Positions 57,921 through 64,000 of a stretch of DNA of 64,000 nt are shown piece by piece. Below the pieces are notes generated by a model. The model had not been told where the DNA came from and ran no database searches. It was given only the letters and a program-made list of their open reading frames with translations. The translations under genes were made by a program, and so were the position numbers. The DNA lies in the IMG/VR virus record IMGVR_UViG_3300028025_000093, positions 88,650 to 152,649 of that record. One strand, given 5' to 3'. The stretch comes from a virus (Duplodnaviria > Heunggongvirae > Uroviricota > Caudoviricetes). Numbering within the stretch: the first letter of the stretch is position 1; each line of letters opens with the position of its first letter.

Positions 57921-58255
57921 AATATACTTTATTGGCTGCACTATTTTTAAGTGGGTGTTCAGTAATACTACCAATTAAACACGACCCAGCAATGTTCGAT
58001 AATCTGGTTCAAGTTAAGGTTGCTGTAGATAAACTAAAATGTGATAACAAAGACTGGACAGATGCACAAAATAAGATTACGCATCTAAAGGTTTATACTG
58101 AAATGAGAAAAGACCCACAAGCTAATTCTGTGAGTCAACTTGGTGAAGCAATCGAGAAAGCAAAACAATCTAATAACAAGACGTTTTGCGAGTCACTTCT
58201 AAGAATCAACAAGACTCGTATTGACGTTATCACTGACGCATGGAGAGGCAGATGA
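57917..58255 (+). CDS. lipoprotein (signal peptide with lipobox LSGC)
   Basis: 'MKYTLLAALFLSGCSV…'. The ATG at 57917 overlaps the upstream stop. Confidence 0.55.
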   Translation: MKYTLLAALFLSGCSVILPIKHDPAMFDNLVQVKVAVDKLKCDNKDWTDAQNKITHLKVYTEMRKDPQANSVSQLGEAIEKAKQSNNKTFCESLLRINKTRIDVITDAWRGR

Positions 58256-58485
58256 TTCTAGAACAATTAAGAGAAGTGGCTGGAGTAGGTGGACCAGCTG
58301 CACAATTAGCCAACGAACTATTAGTATTAACAGATAAAAAAGCCATTGGTGAATTAAACCAAGAAGAGTTTGAATATCTAGTTAGAGAAATCGCTGATGT
58401 TCGTGCTCAACAAGATTTATCCAATGATGAGATCGCTTGTCGTTGGATCGTTGCTGCGGCACAGGCTGTTCTTGCAGTAGTGTAG
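58252..58485 (+). CDS. hypothetical small protein
   Basis: ATGA overlap with the lipoprotein stop. Confidence 0.3.
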   Translation: MILEQLREVAGVGGPAAQLANELLVLTDKKAIGELNQEEFEYLVREIADVRAQQDLSNDEIACRWIVAAAQAVLAVV

Positions 58486-58540
58486 GAGATAAAGAAACGC
58501 TAAATAATAGGTTGAAACTACAATTTTATAGATGGATTAA

Positions 58541-61500
58541 ATGAAGAAATACAGACAATTAATAAAAGAACTTCCTACAAAGAAAGTAGTATTTGCCTTT
58601 GGTCGATTCAATCCACCAACGACAGGTCACGAATTGCTTGTAAAGACAGTCAAAAAGCTGGCTAGCACTGGTAGTGCTGACCACGCCATCTATGCTTCAA
58701 AAACTCAAGATGCTAAAAAGAATCCACTCTCAGTGGATAAAAAAGTTCAATACCTTGGCAAAATGTTCCCAAGCACAAAGTTTGTGGCTGCCAACCAAAA
58801 CGTAAGAACTTACATCGAAGCAGTTAAAGAACTCAATAAAAAATACAAAAACCTTGTTATGGTCGCAGGTAGTGATCGTGTTCAAGCGTATCAAGAATTA
58901 CTAAACAAATACAACGGCAAAGAATTTCACTTTGATACTATTGAAGTAGTATCTGCAGGTGAGCGTGATCCAGACGCAGATGATGCTTCTGGTATGTCTG
59001 GAACAAAGATGCGTAGTCTAGCTGCAAAAGGTGACTACGCTACATTCAAGAAAGGTCTTCCTTCTACTCTACGTGACATTGACGGTAAGCGTTTGATGAA
59101 TGACGTGCGTCTAGGTATGGGTATTGAAGCATTGAAAGAACAAGTTCGTTTTGACATTGATGCTCTACGTGACGAATTCTTTAAGGGTAAGATCTACACA
59201 GTTGGTCAATTTGTTGAGTCAGACAATCAACGTTACGAAATCATTGATCGTGGTAGTAACTATCTTGTACTAGTTAATAGCACAGGAGAAACTTGTAAGA
59301 AGTGGATTCAAGATGTTACATTATCTGAAGACCAATTACAAGAAGATGTTACAGGTGGAACTGCACCAGAACAAATTACATTCAAAGGTTACACAACCAA
59401 AAACTTTGCTCGCACTGCTGATGCAGCAAAAGCATTCCAAGATACAATCTCTCGTGCTTCAGAAAAAGATCCAGTGGCAGTTTTGAATGCTCTAAAGGCA
59501 ACTGATACTTATATGGGTATCAATGATCGTCACATTGCTGGCGAAGAATTAACTGATGCTGAGATTACTCAGTGGAAAGAAGCCAGAGTTAAAGCACAAG
59601 AATCATTGGCTCGTGTTGGAGAATTTATGCATCATATGGATTACTTCCATACGCATGAACACGAACTAGAAGGTCTATTAACAAATTTCAAAGATAGTGG
59701 TAAAGGCGAATTCATGGAAGCGTTATCAGATAAAACATTACGTCCAACAGACAAGATTAAAGTGGCACGTATTATTGCTACTATGTTGGGAGTTGATAAA
59801 GTTGAAGCAACTTCAAATCCAGAGTTGTTGGTTAATACTGCATTGCGTAGAATTAAAACCAAGACGCTAAATCCTGAAGCACTTAACATTGTAAATAAGA
59901 TGTTGGCTTTGGCTAATGAAATGGGTATTGATTACGATACAAACCTTATCCCACAGAAATTACAAGTTACAGAAGATGCTGTGGTTAAGTTTGATCCAAA
60001 GAAAACAAATAATATCGCTCAAGGTATTATGACGTTTGACGATTATCAAAAGTTAAAGAACATGACCAATAAAGCTGGTCATAGTCTTGGGCATACCGAT
60101 AATGACAACTTGCGTAAGATGAAAGTCAAGCACATGACTGAAGCCAGTGCATTGGAAAGATTCCGTGCCGCAGCTGCTGAGCGTGAAAAGAAACACGATG
60201 AGATTGAGCGTAAGCGTAAAGAAGCTGCTGCCCAAGGCAAAGAAAACATGTCTGGTGCCATTGATCGTTTAGAAAAGCATCTAAACAAAGAAGGTCTAGA
60301 TGAAATTGCAATGTACGATTTGCCAAACAATGATCGTATGGATAAAAAAGGTATTGCGGTAAATCCATTCCGCAAAGAAAAAACTGCTTCAGATTTGGCT
60401 AGAATTGCTAAAGCAAAGGCAGCAGAAAAGAATCAAAAGGGCATATACAAACCACAATCTGCAGGGCAAAGAAAAGCTACTGTCAACGACTTAATGAAAT
60501 TGGTTAAGCACATTGGGGAAAGTGCCCATGTAGAATTTCGCATCGACAATCGTGATAAAGTAAGTGGTGACCATAAGTCTACGTTTGCAGATCACGAAGC
60601 AAAAGTATCAGATACAACTGATAAAGCAACTTACGTAAAAGTACCATCTCATAAAGCAGATTCATTTAAATCTGCCATGAAATCTAAGCATGGGGTTCGT
60701 GTAGAGTTGGCTGAATCACGTGGACTTGCCGATAAGTATTACAGCATGGCTCAGGATCGTAAAGAAACTGCGCATGAAAACAAAGGCAATCACGAAGTAT
60801 ATCATACACATATGGCAGATCATCATGACGCCATGAGTCGTTACCATGAAGAACTTGGTCAGCATTCTCTTGCTCAAGCCCATGCTGATAAAGCAGAAAT
60901 TCACCATGAAAAGTCTATGGAGAAACCTAAAAAAGGTTTAGCTGAATCTGCTTGGGGTAAGGATAAAATGACTAACCTACGTCAAGCCCACGATCGTCAT
61001 ATGGAAAAGGCACTGGCTGCAAATAAAGCTGGTGATGATGAAGCAGTTAAAACTCACCAAAGAAAAATGCAGACGATCCAGACTCAGATGCAGAAACTTA
61101 AACAGAACGAAGAAGTAGATAATATTCAAGAAGATGAAATAGATACTACGGATTATAAGTTATCCCCAAGTGGTCGTAAAGTTCGTGCTCATCGTATCAA
61201 AGTTGGTGACAATAAAAAAGATGACGATGTGGAAGATATGAAAGAAGCTACCATGTCTGATGCAGATATGAAAGAGCGTGAGCGTATCGTTAAGGGTATG
61301 AAAAAGAATATCGCTGGTTTTAAAGCACGTTATGGTAAAGATGCTGAATCAGTAATGTACGCCACTGCCACTAAAGCAGCAATGAAAGAAGAAACAGAGC
61401 AGTTCGAAGAAGTTGATATGTCTCATATTGAAGACCATAAAGATCAGCAAGAACAAAACATAGAAGACCAGTTAATGGCTGAGTTAGATTTAACTGATGA

Positions 61501-61987
61501 ACAAATCGATCACATTGTTGATTCCGCTCAAGAAGATGACTTTATCGAACAGTATGATGATGAAGAATTGGCAATTGTTGATGAAGAAAGTGGCGAAGAA
61601 ATTGAAGAAGAACAAGTTAATGAACAAACATTAATGGAAGTTCTATCCAAAGTAGAACGTATCCGTGCTCGTTTACGTTTTGCTAAAACCAAAGGTAAGC
61701 GTGAGCGCAAAGCACAAATTGCCCTAAAGACACGTTCAACAAATGCCGTTGCAAATAAACGTGCACGTCGTCTGGCAATTAAGTTAATGAAGAATCGTTT
61801 ACTGCGTGGTCGTGATGCAAACAAAATCTCTATCGGTGAGAAAGAACGCATTGAACGCATAATCCAAAAACGTAAAGTAATCGTTGGACGTATCGCCATG
61901 AAGTTGGTACCACGCATCCGTCAGATTGAGAAGTCACGTTTATCACATACTAAATTTACAAAGGGTGCTCCAAATGTTGCGTTTTAA
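58541..61987 (+). CDS. 1148-aa protein with an N-terminal (H/T)xGH nucleotidyltransferase (NMNAT/cytidylyltransferase-like) domain fused to a very long charged, His-rich low-complexity region
   Basis: 'FGRFNPPTTGHELLV' (HxGH-type motif) and 'SGMSGTKMR' (ISST-type motif) within the first 170 aa. The remaining 950 aa are K/E/D/A/M-rich, with His-rich stretches such as 'HTHMADHHDAMSRYHEELGQH'. Confidence 0.6.
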   Translation: MKKYRQLIKELPTKKVVFAFGRFNPPTTGHELLVKTVKKLASTGSADHAIYASKTQDAKKNPLSVDKKVQYLGKMFPSTKFVAANQNVRTYIEAVKELNKKYKNLVMVAGSDRVQAYQELLNKYNGKEFHFDTIEVVSAGERDPDADDASGMSGTKMRSLAAKGDYATFKKGLPSTLRDIDGKRLMNDVRLGMGIEALKEQVRFDIDALRDEFFKGKIYTVGQFVESDNQRYEIIDRGSNYLVLVNSTGETCKKWIQDVTLSEDQLQEDVTGGTAPEQITFKGYTTKNFARTADAAKAFQDTISRASEKDPVAVLNALKATDTYMGINDRHIAGEELTDAEITQWKEARVKAQESLARVGEFMHHMDYFHTHEHELEGLLTNFKDSGKGEFMEALSDKTLRPTDKIKVARIIATMLGVDKVEATSNPELLVNTALRRIKTKTLNPEALNIVNKMLALANEMGIDYDTNLIPQKLQVTEDAVVKFDPKKTNNIAQGIMTFDDYQKLKNMTNKAGHSLGHTDNDNLRKMKVKHMTEASALERFRAAAAEREKKHDEIERKRKEAAAQGKENMSGAIDRLEKHLNKEGLDEIAMYDLPNNDRMDKKGIAVNPFRKEKTASDLARIAKAKAAEKNQKGIYKPQSAGQRKATVNDLMKLVKHIGESAHVEFRIDNRDKVSGDHKSTFADHEAKVSDTTDKATYVKVPSHKADSFKSAMKSKHGVRVELAESRGLADKYYSMAQDRKETAHENKGNHEVYHTHMADHHDAMSRYHEELGQHSLAQAHADKAEIHHEKSMEKPKKGLAESAWGKDKMTNLRQAHDRHMEKALAANKAGDDEAVKTHQRKMQTIQTQMQKLKQNEEVDNIQEDEIDTTDYKLSPSGRKVRAHRIKVGDNKKDDDVEDMKEATMSDADMKERERIVKGMKKNIAGFKARYGKDAESVMYATATKAAMKEETEQFEEVDMSHIEDHKDQQEQNIEDQLMAELDLTDEQIDHIVDSAQEDDFIEQYDDEELAIVDEESGEEIEEEQVNEQTLMEVLSKVERIRARLRFAKTKGKRERKAQIALKTRSTNAVANKRARRLAIKLMKNRLLRGRDANKISIGEKERIERIIQKRKVIVGRIAMKLVPRIRQIEKSRLSHTKFTKGAPNVAF

Positions 61988-62354
61988 AGAATACATCCAA
62001 GAATCAAAGACATGTAACTGTTGGAATGGTTACAAACGTGTTCCAGGTACTAAGCCATGTGAACCAGGTTCTTGTGTAAAAGAAGAAGTTATGGATGAAG
62101 CTGCAGTTGACGCCAAAGGACACAAAAGTTCTACTGGTGGTTTAACTCAAAAGGGTCGTGATGCTTATAATGCCAAAGGTGCCAATCTACAAGCACCAGT
62201 TACTACCCCACCATCAAAGTTAAAGGCTGGTAGCAAAGCATATAATCGTCGTAAGTCTTTCTGTGCTCGTATGAGTGGCGTAGATGGTCCAATGAAAGAC
62301 GAAAAGGGTCGCCCAACTCGCAAAGCGTTGGCACTACGTAAGTGGAATTGCTAA
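61974..62354 (+). CDS. hypothetical Cys-containing small protein
   Basis: 'CNCWNGYKRVPGTKPCEPGSC'. The ATG at 61974 overlaps the upstream gene. Confidence 0.35.
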   Translation: MLRFKEYIQESKTCNCWNGYKRVPGTKPCEPGSCVKEEVMDEAAVDAKGHKSSTGGLTQKGRDAYNAKGANLQAPVTTPPSKLKAGSKAYNRRKSFCARMSGVDGPMKDEKGRPTRKALALRKWNC

Positions 62355-62357
62355 TAA

Positions 62358-62843
62358 ATGTCTAAAATTCACATACTTAAAAATACAGAAACTGAAGCAG
62401 TTGTAAAAGTTTACACAACTGAACCTTCTGGTGAGTCTATTGATATTGATTTAGAAACATGGTTGACTACATCTAAACAAGTTTATGTTGCTGGTGCAAA
62501 TGATTCTGCAGAAACAGATGGTCACTTTGCTCAATATACTGGTTCTCATGTATTCATCACTGGTATCTGGTGGGGTCTTAAGAAAGACAAACAGTTAGAT
62601 ATTACACGTATTATCAATCCAGTTGGACCAGTACTTCATAGCCATTATTATCTAATTAATGGCGGACAATATGAGTTTGACCACCATGGTTTTGCCGATA
62701 GAATTTATGCGCATATGGATTTGAGATTAACATTTGATGGTCCAGGACATTGCATTTTGAAGTTACGTAAAATAGGTTGGCTACCAAAAGTTGAGACTGC
62801 TCAATTTGGTTCTTATGATAACACTACTGTGGTTGGAAGTTAA
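62358..62843 (+). CDS. conserved hypothetical protein; paralog of 14893..15324
   Basis: Shared N- and C-terminal segments with the ORF at 14893. Confidence 0.5.
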   Translation: MSKIHILKNTETEAVVKVYTTEPSGESIDIDLETWLTTSKQVYVAGANDSAETDGHFAQYTGSHVFITGIWWGLKKDKQLDITRIINPVGPVLHSHYYLINGGQYEFDHHGFADRIYAHMDLRLTFDGPGHCILKLRKIGWLPKVETAQFGSYDNTTVVGS

Positions 62844-62845
62844 TA

Positions 62846-63295
62846 ATGGAAGAATTAAAATTATCCCTCAAAATAACATTGGCAAATACATTCTTAATGT
62901 ATTTCAAAACACAATCCTATCACTGGAATGTTGAAGGTATGTTGTTTCCAATGTTCCACGATTTCTTTGGTGAGATCTACCAAGAAGTTTACGGAGCAGT
63001 TGATCATCTCGCAGAAGAAATTCGTAAACTTGATGATTACGCTCCGATGTCTCTTGATGAGTTGCACAGTACTGCAACTGTTAAAGAAGATGTAGTAAGA
63101 CCAGTACTATTGAGAGATATGCTGGAGAACTTGCAACAAGCCAACCAAGAAGTCTTGGATAGCCTAAATAAAGTGTTCGATCTAGCCACAGCAGAAAAAG
63201 AGCAAGGACTTGCTGATTTTGCTGGCAGCAGAATAGATGCTCATAAGAAACATGCTTGGATGATTCGTTCAAGTCTTAAAAAGATAGAGGAATAA
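62846..63295 (+). CDS. Dps-like ferritin-superfamily protein
   Basis: 'QSYHWNVEGMLFPMFHDFFGE…DHLAEEIRKL' matches the Dps signature 'AHWN(V/M)(K/R)G.NF..(L/V)HE…D.(I/L)AER'. Confidence 0.6.
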   Translation: MEELKLSLKITLANTFLMYFKTQSYHWNVEGMLFPMFHDFFGEIYQEVYGAVDHLAEEIRKLDDYAPMSLDELHSTATVKEDVVRPVLLRDMLENLQQANQEVLDSLNKVFDLATAEKEQGLADFAGSRIDAHKKHAWMIRSSLKKIEE

Positions 63296-63296
63296 A

Positions 63297-64000
63297 ATGA
63301 AGTTTAAAACATTTTTAGAGATGGTTAATAAGTCTGACATCCCAGCGTACTTACGCAAGAATGACAAGATGACCACTAAGGATCTAGAAAAAGAACGTAC
63401 AAAGAATCGTTCCCATCCAGAAACTATTAAAAAGATTAACGGCACTGTTCAAGAAGAAGTTCTTGACGAAGCCAACCATCGCGAGTTTGCTTCTCAAGGT
63501 AAGATGCACCCAGACATGGCTAAGCACATGAAGACTGGTGAGCATATGGATTACTATGAGCCAAAGACTGGTGACAAAGTACATGGTAAAGTAATGAAGA
63601 ACGATGGTAAAGAAGTTCACGTTAAACAAACCCATGACTCTTACGATCCAAAAAAAGTTGGAACTGTTCATAAGTTCACTATTGCTTCTAAGTTAGAAGA
63701 AGGTTACTACGAAAAGCCAGCTTCTGCTTATCGTCGTAAGGGTGATGAAATCGGTGGTGGTTCTTCTAAGAATGATGTTCCATTCGATGGACCATACACA
63801 AAGACTCCAGCAACTACAAAAGACAAGTCTGGTGCAGTTCACACAGCAATGAGTCGTGCAAAGCACCTAGCTAAACAAGCTATGAAGAACGTCAAAGAAG
63901 AAGCAGAACAAATTGATGAGATCTCAAAGAAAACAGTTGACGATTATAAAACAATGGTTGCTATCCGCACATTATCTGCAATTCAAAAAGGTGAAACTGA
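63297..64000 (+). CDS. hypothetical Lys-rich protein, N-terminal fragment (3' end lies outside the window)
   Basis: Open frame from ATG 63297 to the window edge, preceded by a GAGGAATAAA RBS. Confidence 0.4.
   Translation, partial: MKFKTFLEMVNKSDIPAYLRKNDKMTTKDLEKERTKNRSHPETIKKINGTVQEEVLDEANHREFASQGKMHPDMAKHMKTGEHMDYYEPKTGDKVHGKVMKNDGKEVHVKQTHDSYDPKKVGTVHKFTIASKLEEGYYEKPASAYRRKGDEIGGGSSKNDVPFDGPYTKTPATTKDKSGAVHTAMSRAKHLAKQAMKNVKEEAEQIDEISKKTVDDYKTMVAIRTLSAIQKGET

Noticed and set aside
61528-61917. 129-aa minus-strand ORF (also 60079..60375 and 60126..60368) inside the 1148-aa gene
   Set aside because: They are antisense to a low-complexity charged region. The Arg/Ser-rich translations are typical of reverse-frame artefacts.
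1-64000. CRISPR arrays, rRNA genes, integrase or transposase genes
   Set aside because: I see no regularly spaced direct repeats, no rRNA-like conserved segments and no recombinase motifs. The only candidate mobile element is the HNH endonuclease insertion reported above.

Overview
The window is a densely packed segment of a T4-like myovirus genome. Essentially all genes are on the + strand and GC is low, about 37%. The identification rests on gene order and motifs.

Gene order runs: tail fibre and baseplate proteins, neck proteins (gp13/gp14/gp15-like), terminase large subunit (gp17), tail sheath (gp18), tail tube (gp19), portal (gp20), prohead core proteins, prohead protease (gp21), scaffold (gp22), major capsid (gp23), a gp3-like protein, UvsY, UvsW, late sigma factor gp55, gp47/gp46 (Mre11/Rad50-like), CobT/CobS-like pair, sliding clamp gp45, clamp loader gp44/gp62, RegA, Hsp20, MazG, DNA ligase, a DexA-like exonuclease, DNA polymerase gp43, UvsX and helicase gp41.

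This order, the CTAAATA late-promoter motifs, and the CobS/CobT, Hsp20, MazG and 2OG-Fe(II) oxygenase genes point to a marine cyanomyovirus-like or pelagimyovirus-like phage rather than a T-even phage.

The most notable feature sits downstream of gp41 at about 48.9–55.2 kb: a cluster that looks like a DNA thymidine hypermodification pathway. It contains a 2OG-Fe(II) dioxygenase, a class-II glutamine amidotransferase, a glutamine-synthetase-like amidoligase, a putative pyrophosphorylase-type transferase, a small P-loop kinase and an HExxH protein. A GC-rich GNAT gene and a promoter-driven HNH endonuclease gene are inserted in the middle of it.

Other notable items:
- a 1148-aa protein with an N-terminal (H/T)xGH nucleotidyltransferase domain fused to a very long charged, His-rich tail
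- a tail sheath carrying an inserted repeat domain also found in a neck protein
- duplicated promoter/5'UTR cassettes upstream of CobT and CobS
- a family of sigma70-like promoters with a conserved extended motif
- repeated terminator modules
- a paralogous pair of small proteins
- a Dps-like ferritin and an SPFH lipoprotein

I found no tRNA genes, no rRNA genes and no CRISPR array.
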